Of a DNA stretch of 64,000 nt, positions 50,499 to 58,430 are shown one piece after another (the first letter of the stretch is position 1; the number at the start of each line of letters is the position of its first letter). This stretch comes from a virus, in the IMG/VR virus record IMGVR_UViG_3300002835_000047, positions 53,887 to 117,886 of that record; one strand, written 5' to 3'. The notes beneath the pieces were generated by a model. That model was not told where the DNA came from. It ran no database searches and saw nothing but the letters and a program-made list of their open reading frames with translations. The position numbers and the translations under genes are program-made.

Positions 50499-50747
50499 TC
50501 AATTAGTTTGATGGTCCGGGGTTTTGTTTATTTCTTTAATGACGAATTTGGAGGTTTGGCTTATGGTATCTCCGCACTCATTGCTATGTAGAATTATGAT
50601 ACTTGTTGGGAGGATTGTGTCCCAAAACCATTTCTTCTCCGAAATATCTTTGGATTCTGCTCCCCAGATTTCATTATCAATTTCAAACTCTACTTCAACT
50701 TTAATCTTTATCATAGGTTTTAGGGTTTGGGCTGTATGCCTAAGCAT
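50499..50747 (-). CDS. Hypothetical protein (likely start MIKIKVEV)
   Basis: ORF track. Confidence 0.55.
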   Translation of the reverse strand: MLRHTAQTLKPMIKIKVEVEFEIDNEIWGAESKDISEKKWFWDTILPTSIIILHSNECGDTISQTSKFVIKEINKTPDHQTN

Positions 50748-50947
50748 CCGCAGTTATGACCACAAGAATTTAAAAAGCATCCATTTCCATCATTGCCGGT
50801 ACATTTTATTTTTTCCTGCTCAATATGTTTAGGAGGTAAGCCTGTTATTTCTGAAATAATTCTTGCTCCATTACAGGTTGGGCAAGAGCTAGAAAAGGCA
50901 CCAGGCGTACCGCCAGTACCCTTGCAAATTGGACATTTTTGCCACAT
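50720..50947 (-). CDS. Cys-rich protein with DnaJ-type CxxCxGxG zinc finger
   Basis: CPICKGTG, CPTCNG, plus a C-terminal Cys cluster. Confidence 0.65.
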   Translation of the reverse strand: MWQKCPICKGTGGTPGAFSSSCPTCNGARIISEITGLPPKHIEQEKIKCTGNDGNGCFLNSCGHNCGCLGIQPKP

Positions 50948-50982
50948 AATTTATAGGTTAAAGTTAAAGAATTTGAGGTTAA

Positions 50983-51216
50983 TTATTTCTTGTTGCGCTC
51001 TAAACAGAATTTGCAATTCCCTTTGTGGGTTAATACTGTTGCATGACCCCAATCGCCAAATAAGTACTCACAACTATCCACCTCTACTATGATTAATGGA
51101 TTAGCGCCTTCTATTAACACAAATTCGGTACCCTTTCTAGGGGTATTTACTTCACGGCAACCGCAAGAAAGAATAGTCAATAGCAGTGCACTGATAAGGA
51201 GGAATGTTTGTTTCAT
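50983..51216 (-). CDS. Small lipoprotein
   Basis: MKQTFLLISALLLTILSCGC lipobox; HKGNCKFC. Confidence 0.7.
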   Translation of the reverse strand: MKQTFLLISALLLTILSCGCREVNTPRKGTEFVLIEGANPLIIVEVDSCEYLFGDWGHATVLTHKGNCKFCLERNKK

Positions 51217-51314
51217 TGCGTAAAAATGAGTGTTAAGATGCAGATAATAAAAATCAAAGTCAGTACTACACGACCAACTGAAAGAGCAAGTTCAATAAGA
51301 GATTCAAAGTTCAT
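51213..51314 (-). CDS. 33 aa single-TM peptide (not in ORF track)
   Basis: MNFESLIELALSVGRVVLTLIFIICILTLIFTQ; ATGA-coupled to the next gene. Confidence 0.5.
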   Translation of the reverse strand: MNFESLIELALSVGRVVLTLIFIICILTLIFTQ

Positions 51315-51340
51315 TAGTTTATTGATTTAAATTTTAGAGA

Positions 51341-51658
51341 TTATTGATATTTTTTTTTACGAAGACTACCAAACGAACCCTTTAGTTCATATCCAATTTC
51401 CTCGGCAGCTTCTTGTAATGGATTCCAATGATGGTGATTATCGCACTCATCCCATAGTTTTTGTAACCTTTCGGCAAGTACTTCTTTTGGTTCTTCTATT
51501 GGCTCAACGGTAACCTTGTACTTGTGAATGTTTACCTCTCCGTTAAAACAGGTTGCGTCTTTTTTTTCCAAAATGGATTGTTCATAAGCCCCAATCTTCT
51601 TAAATGTTTCAAAACAAATAGTGCTATTATCGTCCTTTGATTTAGTTTTTGCCATCAC
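51341..51658 (-). CDS. Hypothetical protein
   Basis: ORF track. Confidence 0.7.
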   Translation of the reverse strand: MMAKTKSKDDNSTICFETFKKIGAYEQSILEKKDATCFNGEVNIHKYKVTVEPIEEPKEVLAERLQKLWDECDNHHHWNPLQEAAEEIGYELKGSFGSLRKKKYQ

Positions 51659-51665
51659 TTTTGGT

Positions 51666-51824
51666 TTACGGTTTGGAGTTTATGATGTTTTTTTCAATTT
51701 GCACAACTTTCACGGATTGGCCTTGTTCAAGGAGTTCAAATAGGATGGTGTGCGTTTCTACTTTGCCGCAACAAATTTGAGCCATACCACCACCCCATGT
51801 CAATTTATAGAATTTCTTACTCAT
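51666..51824 (-). CDS. 52 aa hypothetical protein (not in ORF track)
   Basis: MSKKFYKLTWGGGMAQICCGK...; A-rich leader. Confidence 0.55.
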   Translation of the reverse strand: MSKKFYKLTWGGGMAQICCGKVETHTILFELLEQGQSVKVVQIEKNIINSKP

Positions 51825-51857
51825 AGTTTTGTTGTTTAGATTGGGAGAATTAACATA

Positions 51858-52259
51858 TTAAGTGCCTTCTACTATATCAGGATAATTGGTTGGTATGTTT
51901 TCACTTTTTACCTTCAGAATTCTATGTGGTGGGTAGTGTTCAAATACTTCCCCATCATTGTGTCTGTATCCGTCCTTGACAATTGCAGATGCATGTTCAC
52001 GAACTTTTTCAGCAGAATCAACTTCATATTTGAATATCCTACCATCGTCTAAATAAGTTTTTACTACATGTTTCATGGTTGATTTAAGTTTAGGGGTTGG
52101 GGGGTTTTTTTCGGCTTTGTAAAAACCAAGACCCACAACTTCTTCCCAAAGTTGAGTCATAGTTACTCTAATGGAGTCTTTTTGAGCTTGGTCTAATAAA
52201 CCAAAATCGTGCCTATATCTCATCGCCATAGAGTCAATCAGTTTGGGGTCTGGTTTCAT
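51858..52259 (-). CDS. Two-module fusion protein
   Basis: An internal leader-like linker (KNPPTPKLKST-M) precedes a second module MKHVVKTYLDDG. Confidence 0.65.
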   Translation of the reverse strand: MKPDPKLIDSMAMRYRHDFGLLDQAQKDSIRVTMTQLWEEVVGLGFYKAEKNPPTPKLKSTMKHVVKTYLDDGRIFKYEVDSAEKVREHASAIVKDGYRHNDGEVFEHYPPHRILKVKSENIPTNYPDIVEGT

Positions 52260-52504
52260 GGGTTTGGGGTTTGGTTATTTGAGGAATTAGATTCAAAGTT
52301 TTCTTGATAGTATTGTTCTGCTTGCTCTGATGCTGGCATTTCAAGACTGCTTATGATTCCTATCAAATAAGCATTAACAATTTGCTGCTTTTCAGCCTTT
52401 AATGCCTGCTCAAAATACCCATGGAATTGAGCGACACCCAAGATGTCAATATGATACTCGTGATTATACAGGTTGTCAATTAGCGTTTGTACTGGGGTTT
52501 TCAT
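52256..52504 (-). CDS. Hypothetical protein (EKQQIVNAY...AEQYY.E.F type)
   Basis: ORF track. Confidence 0.7.
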   Translation of the reverse strand: MKTPVQTLIDNLYNHEYHIDILGVAQFHGYFEQALKAEKQQIVNAYLIGIISSLEMPASEQAEQYYQENFESNSSNNQTPNP

Positions 52505-52581
52505 GGTTTTGGTCTTTTATGGGACAATTTGCGTGGTTTTGAGTATTTTATGTCAGCTTATAGGCTGACGCTGGGGGAGGT

Positions 52582-52620
52582 TTGGTAAGAACAGAGGCTG
52601 ACGATTTGTTCACGAATGAG
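52582..52620. repeat. 39 bp direct repeat, copy A
   Basis: TTGGTAAG-AAC-AGAGGCTGACG-ATTT-GTTCACGAATGAG; 33/39 identical to 53108-53146. Confidence 0.85.
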
Positions 52621-52816
52621 TACTTTCCCGAACAAGATATAACCCATTTTTTTCATCATAAGCGACGCTCTCGTTTGGTATGATTTTTACATCATTAATT
52701 GATATTTTGCAAGGTTCACCTAAGTAGCAGATAGATTCATTGTCGCTTTCGTGAATGACACCTGCTTCGCAAAATTTTGGGTTTATTCCCTTTGGTTGAA
52801 AGTATATCGTTTTCAT
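52610..52816 (-). CDS. Hypothetical protein (start MKTIYFQ)
   Basis: ORF track 52610-52840; the second ATG is more plausible. Confidence 0.6.
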   Translation of the reverse strand: MKTIYFQPKGINPKFCEAGVIHESDNESICYLGEPCKISINDVKIIPNESVAYDEKNGLYLVRESTHS

Positions 52817-52901
52817 GCTATGGGCTGACGGATTAATCATTCATTATATGCGATAAGGGTGCTTATTGACCGATTTCTCATTCATTATATGCTCTTGCAT
52901 A

Positions 52902-53093
52902 TTAAACGTGGGTTCGTGTTTCCAAATCCCAAATGGCAGTCCATTTGAAGTCCTCCCAATCAGATTCCCACTTTTCTTTGATTTTTGCTACAAAACTTCT
53001 TGCCTCTTCCAAGGTGTCAAAGTCCTCCTGAAAATCATTCATCCCACCAAAGGGATAATAGCAATCACCTGCAAATACTAAAAATCGTTTCAT
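52902..53093 (-). CDS. Hypothetical protein (LVFAGD.YYP.GGM.DF type)
   Basis: ORF track. Confidence 0.7.
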   Translation of the reverse strand: MKRFLVFAGDCYYPFGGMNDFQEDFDTLEEARSFVAKIKEKWESDWEDFKWTAIWDLETRTHV

Positions 53094-53107
53094 AGGTTTG
53101 GGGTTGG

Positions 53108-53146
53108 TTGGTAAGGTTAGAGGCTGACGGTGGGTTCACGAATGAG
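53108..53146. repeat. 39 bp direct repeat, copy B
   Basis: TTGGTAAG-GTT-AGAGGCTGACG-GTGG-GTTCACGAATGAG. Confidence 0.85.
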
Positions 53147-53160
53147 CGAGTTGGTAGCAA

Positions 53161-53334
53161 TTAGCCGATAATCCAACAGTTATTTGACAACCATAAAAAC
53201 TGAAACTTCCAAACGCTGTCATTTTTCTCAATATGTAAAAAACTTCTGCTTTGGTCTTTCCAATCAAAGTTTAGTAATGTAATCCAAAACCATGCGTTTG
53301 GTTCGTAAGCAACATGTATTCCAATAAATTCCAT
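53161..53334 (-). CDS. 57 aa hypothetical protein (not in ORF track)
   Basis: MEFIGIHVAYEPNAWFWITLLNFDW...CWIIG. Confidence 0.55.
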   Translation of the reverse strand: MEFIGIHVAYEPNAWFWITLLNFDWKDQSRSFLHIEKNDSVWKFQFLWLSNNCWIIG

Positions 53335-53335
53335 A

Positions 53336-53551
53336 TCATAAGTTTAATGTTTGAAACAACTGATACCTCCCACAGGTATCGGTCAGGGTCTTGACTTGAG
53401 GCCCGAATCCGTTGGAGCGGGACAACACATACTCGCATTTTTTTCCTTTAGTCCTGATTTCAATAACAGTCCAAGGTCTATTATTAGTACAGGCACTAAG
53501 TATAAACAATAAAACAATAATTATTTTTGTATTAATTATTTTTTTCATCAT
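53336..53551 (-). CDS. Small lipoprotein
   Basis: LLFILSAC lipobox. Confidence 0.65.
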   Translation of the reverse strand: MMKKIINTKIIIVLLFILSACTNNRPWTVIEIRTKGKKCEYVLSRSNGFGPQVKTLTDTCGRYQLFQTLNL

Positions 53552-53816
53552 CAGTCTTATTAAATGTATTTAAAACAGCACTAATAACTGAATTTGAATT
53601 TTTAATTTTATCAAGAACATATACAGATGATACCAAAACAAGTTCATTATAGCTAAATGTAAGTAAAATTTTTTCAACTACATGACTATATTTAAAATCT
53701 TTATCTAAAACTGCATCTTTTAATATATCTGCTATTTTCGTAGTGCAATCACTTATATCCTTCTGAGATATATTTAGAGCATCTTTAAGATTACTTTCAT
53801 TATGCTTAAACTCCAT
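53532..53816 (-). CDS. Hypothetical protein
   Basis: ORF track. Confidence 0.65.
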   Translation of the reverse strand: MEFKHNESNLKDALNISQKDISDCTTKIADILKDAVLDKDFKYSHVVEKILLTFSYNELVLVSSVYVLDKIKNSNSVISAVLNTFNKTDDEKNN

Positions 53817-53818
53817 AA

Positions 53819-54088
53819 TTAAAATTTTGATTGTGATAAATTTAATTCTATTGCTTCTTTTGGGTGTTCTTCAATCCATCTATGGCAATTTCTACACACA
53901 GAAAGCCACGTGGAAGTATCATTATGATACTTACCACGTCCTTTCATGTGATGTATTTCAGTTGATTTTAAAAAACAGTTATAAATTTTAGCTTGACACA
54001 TTGGATAAGTATCCAAATGTATCTTTCTTAACTTTGAATACTCAGAGTTAAGTTTAACCATTTTTTTTGAAAATTTATTTATTTTCAA
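53819..54088 (-). CDS. Small HNH endonuclease
   Basis: C..., EIHHMKGRG, WLSVCRNCHRWIEEHP. Confidence 0.85.
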   Translation of the reverse strand: MKINKFSKKMVKLNSEYSKLRKIHLDTYPMCQAKIYNCFLKSTEIHHMKGRGKYHNDTSTWLSVCRNCHRWIEEHPKEAIELNLSQSKF

Positions 54089-54600
54089 TTGCCTTTTAAC
54101 GTTAAAAAGTTTTTAGGTAAAAGTCCTTCAGACATAAATTTTAATATAACATCTTCATAAGTTAAACCAAGATCCTTTAAACTTAAAGTGTTTTTATAAT
54201 CCGGTAAATACTCATCAACTGGTACATTTATTATTGCTCTTACATTTTCACCAAAAACTTTATAAAGATAATCATTAACTCTTTTATTTACAATGTATTG
54301 TTTCCAATTGTTTATAACCTCTTGACCTCTTTGCCAAACTTTTTTAATCCTTTTCTTTTTATCCCAGTGAAGTGCATTTTGCTCTTCTACAGTGTAAATA
54401 TTTAAACCATGCAATACTCGTTTAAATAGAAAATGTTGTTGTGGATTCAATTTTGAATAATCCAAACGCCTCAATTCATCAGAGCTATGCAGTTGATACT
54501 CTTGTAATATTCCATAATATGCATATCGCTCTTCACGAAATCTCAAATTATTTATTTGTTCTTCTTTAATAATAGTTTTAATTTGTTCAGGATTTAGCAT
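54085..54600 (-). CDS. Hypothetical protein
   Basis: ORF track. Confidence 0.7.
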   Translation of the reverse strand: MLNPEQIKTIIKEEQINNLRFREERYAYYGILQEYQLHSSDELRRLDYSKLNPQQHFLFKRVLHGLNIYTVEEQNALHWDKKKRIKKVWQRGQEVINNWKQYIVNKRVNDYLYKVFGENVRAIINVPVDEYLPDYKNTLSLKDLGLTYEDVILKFMSEGLLPKNFLTLKGN

Positions 54601-54620
54601 AAGATTAGTTTAAAGAGTAA

Positions 54621-54650
54621 AAAAAAAGGCGGTTGTTAGCCGCCTTTTTT
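54621..54650. terminator. Bidirectional rho-independent terminator
   Basis: AAAAAAAGGCGGTT-GTT-AGCCGCCTTTTTT. Confidence 0.8.
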
Positions 54651-54667
54651 AAAAAAAGAATTAAATT

Positions 54668-55189
54668 TTAAAGTTCAAATGCATTATCATCAATCAATTC
54701 GGATTCTGTAATTGAACTATCTACAAAAGTATTAATAACATTATTAACTTGAGATGAATTAGCACTACGAATTGCATCAACATTATCATGATTGATTAAT
54801 TCATTTTGATCCTCCATATCTGTTGTATAATAAGTGATCCTATAAATTGGTTGGCCATACAAACAACAAATAACGCCGGTTTTACCTGCAATTTTCAAGT
54901 GTTGGTCTGGATTTTCCTCACTAAAAGGTGTCACTGACTCTTTAACTACAATTTTACCTTCAATTTTTTGTCCGGCTTTATAGTTAAGTTCTTTTAATTC
55001 TTCAACAGTACCTTTAAGTAAAGTTGTCAATTTATTTTTTTTAATCCAGTTCAAACTTTTAGGGTTAGATGGATTTTGTTGGATTGAAATAGATGTCTGT
55101 TCCAATAGAATTACACCATATTCAGGATTGTTTTTGCTTTGGCGGATAACCATACCGTTATCATCAGCCACTACTGTAACTGTACTCAT
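54668..55189 (-). CDS. Hypothetical protein (beta-rich, acidic aromatic tail)
   Basis: ORF track; ends DDNAFEL, like the SSB candidate. Confidence 0.7.
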   Translation of the reverse strand: MSTVTVVADDNGMVIRQSKNNPEYGVILLEQTSISIQQNPSNPKSLNWIKKNKLTTLLKGTVEELKELNYKAGQKIEGKIVVKESVTPFSEENPDQHLKIAGKTGVICCLYGQPIYRITYYTTDMEDQNELINHDNVDAIRSANSSQVNNVINTFVDSSITESELIDDNAFEL

Positions 55190-55217
55190 TTTTGTTTTAT
55201 TAAGGTTTTTAAGTTAG

Positions 55218-55505
55218 TTAGAAAATATCTTCTTCGTCAAAAAGAATATCATTTATATTGACCCCACGATCTAAAATATCAGGGTCATCTTCAAATACAG
55301 AAAGAAATTCAGGTTCGATATCATCATTCACTTCTTCAATTTCTTTCTCTTGTTCTTTAGAATATAAGTTATAAAAGGGATCTTTAGATTCTTTTAAATA
55401 TGACCGGCCTAATCCATTCAATTCTTGTAAATCTTTTTCAGACATATCAAGGTATTGCTCAACAGAAACCTCTATTATATTACCATTAGGCAGCTGTAAA
55501 ATCAT
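55218..55505 (-). CDS. Acidic hypothetical protein
   Basis: ORF track; TATATTTG element upstream (55526-55533, minus). Confidence 0.7.
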   Translation of the reverse strand: MILQLPNGNIIEVSVEQYLDMSEKDLQELNGLGRSYLKESKDPFYNLYSKEQEKEIEEVNDDIEPEFLSVFEDDPDILDRGVNINDILFDEEDIF

Positions 55506-55608
55506 ATTCTAGTTCATATACAATACAAATATATATAAACTTATTTCATCTGTTTGTGTTAATATTAGCTTTTCATAGTTTCTTTAAATTTTTATTTTAT
55601 TAATATAG

Positions 55609-55857
55609 CTATCTTAGTATTAAATATTTACCCTTTCTGGTTAAATAACCGGTAGTTTTAAGTTCTTTTATGTATAACGAGATTTGAGAAATACTTTTTG
55701 AACTAATATCTGAAAGTGTATTTAAAGAAGGAAAACACCGTCTATTCTTGTCACAATAAGACGATAAAATAGCATATAAACCTTTTGCTTGTAAACTTAA
55801 ATTAGGATCTGTTACAACTTCTTTATTAACTATGCCAAAATTAGAAATTTTTGACAT
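55609..55857 (-). CDS. Helix-turn-helix protein (HTH_36-like)
   Basis: LSLQAKGLYAIL...CFPSLNTLS...ISLYIKELKTTGYL. Confidence 0.8.
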   Translation of the reverse strand: MSKISNFGIVNKEVVTDPNLSLQAKGLYAILSSYCDKNRRCFPSLNTLSDISSKSISQISLYIKELKTTGYLTRKGKYLILR

Positions 55858-55961
55858 ATTTTTTAATTATAATTGAATATGCCATTTCAAAATCTGTTTC
55901 ATTAATGAGTGATTCATCATTCCAACAATATTTATTGGCCATCCAAGATCCAAAAGAAGTA

Positions 55962-56480
55962 TTAGAAAGGTTTTTCTCCGTCATCATTTTCTGAAGACTT
56001 AGATACTCTAGACGGTTTTGACTTAATAAGTCCATCGAAATTAGTGCCATTAAAATAAGGGATTTGAAGTTTATTAACTTTTTCTAGATCATGTACACAT
56101 AATACTGTTTCATGTGTACAGCTACCAAAGAATAATTGACATTTCATATCAATGTAAGAATTAATATGAGTATTTGAGTAATTATTACTTGTAATAACTT
56201 TACCAAAAACTTTATTATCAACGTACAAGCCTAAGTCTATTAAATCATCTTTTACAAATAAGGTATCTTCTAATGAAGGACTTAAAATACTATAATTTAT
56301 GCTAAAATAATCACCTTGCTCAAATAAAAAACTTTTATTTGGATTTAAATGCAAGGATATTATAATATCCATAAGCTTCGATGTACTATTTGACTTTAGA
56401 AACGTTGCAATTTCATGAGCATTATCGGATTTTATAATAATTTTTAGTATCTCTATAAAAGTTTCATCTTTTATTACCAT
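55962..56480 (-). CDS. Hypothetical protein
   Basis: ORF track. Confidence 0.6.
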   Translation of the reverse strand: MVIKDETFIEILKIIIKSDNAHEIATFLKSNSTSKLMDIIISLHLNPNKSFLFEQGDYFSINYSILSPSLEDTLFVKDDLIDLGLYVDNKVFGKVITSNNYSNTHINSYIDMKCQLFFGSCTHETVLCVHDLEKVNKLQIPYFNGTNFDGLIKSKPSRVSKSSENDDGEKPF

Positions 56481-56637
56481 TTTCTACAAATTTAAGTATT
56501 TCTAATTTTTCCTGGGCAAACTGTATTGATTTTTCATTTTGACTGAAAATTAAAACATCTTCAAGATTAGATTTCTCGATTTGTAATTTAGATTCAGGCA
56601 GTGATGATAACCACTTTTTGTATTTTTCATCTATCAT
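56464..56637 (-). CDS. 57 aa hypothetical protein (not in ORF track)
   Basis: MIDEKYKKWLSSLPESKLQ... Confidence 0.5.
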   Translation of the reverse strand: MIDEKYKKWLSSLPESKLQIEKSNLEDVLIFSQNEKSIQFAQEKLEILKFVENGNKR

Positions 56638-56743
56638 TTAATCCTAATTAAAGTGAAACAGTAATTTTTAAATCTTAGCTATATACTAGTATCTAATACA
56701 GATATTAATATACTGGTATTGTTAGTATCCGATATACCGGAAT

Positions 56744-57397
56744 TTATGGCAGAAAATGGCTAATATCTAAACAAATAGTTGTTAACTCTTTATAATGTAA
56801 GCCAACTAAGTCTAATGAATCCTCAATTTCTACTGGTGCACTAATATACGGTATATTAGATACTTCAATAGATTTAAGCTCTCGTAAAAACTGAGAGCTT
56901 AAATTATTGAATCGCCTGACTGTCTCAAACATTTCTGAACTATCTAAGATTGAATTAAAATTACCTTTAGACTTTAAATAAATAGTAGAATATAGAGGAT
57001 AATCTTTTAGCAAATTACTAGTATGCGCAATATTTATCAAGTCAGGTACATCAATTATCATAAAAAAAGTATAGTTTTTTAAGCTAAACCCATTTACATT
57101 TTTAGAATATAATATAACTTTTGAATTTGTAAAAATTGGGATTGATTTGTATAAATCATGATAAATAAGATAAGACTTAAGTTTAATACATAACCACTTT
57201 GAAAGCTTGTATGATTTAGAAACAGATAAAAATAAAATATTTTTTTCAAACTGAAACTCTTGTACTACAGTAGTACGCGAATAATTTCTATAAAATACAA
57301 ATGATTCACCATTTCCAAAAACATCATCTTTATCAATATAAAATTTAAACTCAGATTTACATACAGTACCTTTACCAATAGAATAAATATTTTTCAT
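56744..57397 (-). CDS. Hypothetical protein
   Basis: ORF track. Confidence 0.6.
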   Translation of the reverse strand: MKNIYSIGKGTVCKSEFKFYIDKDDVFGNGESFVFYRNYSRTTVVQEFQFEKNILFLSVSKSYKLSKWLCIKLKSYLIYHDLYKSIPIFTNSKVILYSKNVNGFSLKNYTFFMIIDVPDLINIAHTSNLLKDYPLYSTIYLKSKGNFNSILDSSEMFETVRRFNNLSSQFLRELKSIEVSNIPYISAPVEIEDSLDLVGLHYKELTTICLDISHFLP

Positions 57398-57570
57398 TAT
57401 ATTGCAATAATGTCTTTGGTATTTATATCAAAAATACGTTTCTGTTTTTTATGTATTATATAAATAGTAGTATCTAAGTCACGTCTAGTGTATGCTACAC
57501 TATATGATGGCGTGACAAATTCAATTTTGTTTCTTGTATAACAATACAATAAATTATCAGGATTAATCAT
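57397..57570 (-). CDS. 57 aa hypothetical protein (not in ORF track)
   Basis: MINPDNLLYCYTRNKIEFVTPS...; coupled on both sides. Confidence 0.55.
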   Translation of the reverse strand: MINPDNLLYCYTRNKIEFVTPSYSVAYTRRDLDTTIYIIHKKQKRIFDINTKDIIAI

Positions 57571-57838
57571 AACTTTTACAATAGTTTAAATATTCGTTTA
57601 TTTCTGATGTCTCTTCTTTTACAAAATCTTTTTTAATTGCAAAATCCAAAAGCGCTTGATTTTCTTGAAGTGTAGTAATTAACTCATCCTCACTAAAATC
57701 TAAAAGTTCAGATTTTGGTACAATCATAGAATGAATTTCATTGAAAAATACATGTACTTCTTTCTTATTCGCTATTAATATTAAACCCATACCGAATTTA
57801 GTTAATGCAAAAAGTTCTTCTTTCAATATTTCTAACAT
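57563..57838 (-). CDS. Hypothetical protein
   Basis: ORF track. Confidence 0.65.
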   Translation of the reverse strand: MLEILKEELFALTKFGMGLILIANKKEVHVFFNEIHSMIVPKSELLDFSEDELITTLQENQALLDFAIKKDFVKEETSEINEYLNYCKSYD

Positions 57839-57840
57839 AA

Positions 57841-58050
57841 TTAAGAGTTTAGTTCAACCAAATTAAAGATCTTTTCCGATAAATCAGTGACAACTTCATG
57901 TATTTTCTCTGTGTAAATTATATACTTTTTTTGAGAATACTGTTCCATTTTGGTAAATGTTGGATTTTTACCTAAATATTTCTCAATTGTATATTCTTGT
58001 ACAAGATTAAGTACATCACCGACAGCAAGTTTTTTTTCATATGTAGCCAT
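57841..58050 (-). CDS. Hypothetical protein
   Basis: ORF track. Confidence 0.6.
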   Translation of the reverse strand: MATYEKKLAVGDVLNLVQEYTIEKYLGKNPTFTKMEQYSQKKYIIYTEKIHEVVTDLSEKIFNLVELNS

Positions 58051-58204
58051 TATATTTTTTGCATTTTAGTATATGGTTATATAAATTCCAATTTATTGTG
58101 TATGATTTTATTACATCACAAGTTTTTAAATTATCATATTCAATAGCTTTTTTACGTATATACAATCGCCATTCTTCAAAACTTAAATTTGGATTATTAG
58201 CCAT
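58037..58204 (-). CDS. 55 aa hypothetical protein (not in ORF track)
   Basis: MANNPNLSFEEWRLYIRKK... Confidence 0.5.
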   Translation of the reverse strand: MANNPNLSFEEWRLYIRKKAIEYDNLKTCDVIKSYTINWNLYNHILKCKKYNGYI

Positions 58205-58211
58205 AATCAGA

Positions 58212-58424
58212 TTATTCTATTTTAACTTTAGAATAAATTTGACCATCCGTTGTTACACGTATGTGATAAGTACCTATTGAATCAATACAAACATAATTTG
58301 CAACATCTACCCTATAAACAGTGGGATATTTAGTTTGGAGAAATTGCATGTCCTGCAATGAGGAGGTCCAGTTACAACTTGTAAGTAGAATACCTAGAGC
58401 AAATACTAATAGTAGTTTTTTCAT
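58212..58424 (-). CDS. Small lipoprotein
   Basis: MKKLLLVFALGILLTSC lipobox. Confidence 0.75.
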   Translation of the reverse strand: MKKLLLVFALGILLTSCNWTSSLQDMQFLQTKYPTVYRVDVANYVCIDSIGTYHIRVTTDGQIYSKVKIE

Positions 58425-58430
58425 AATTGT

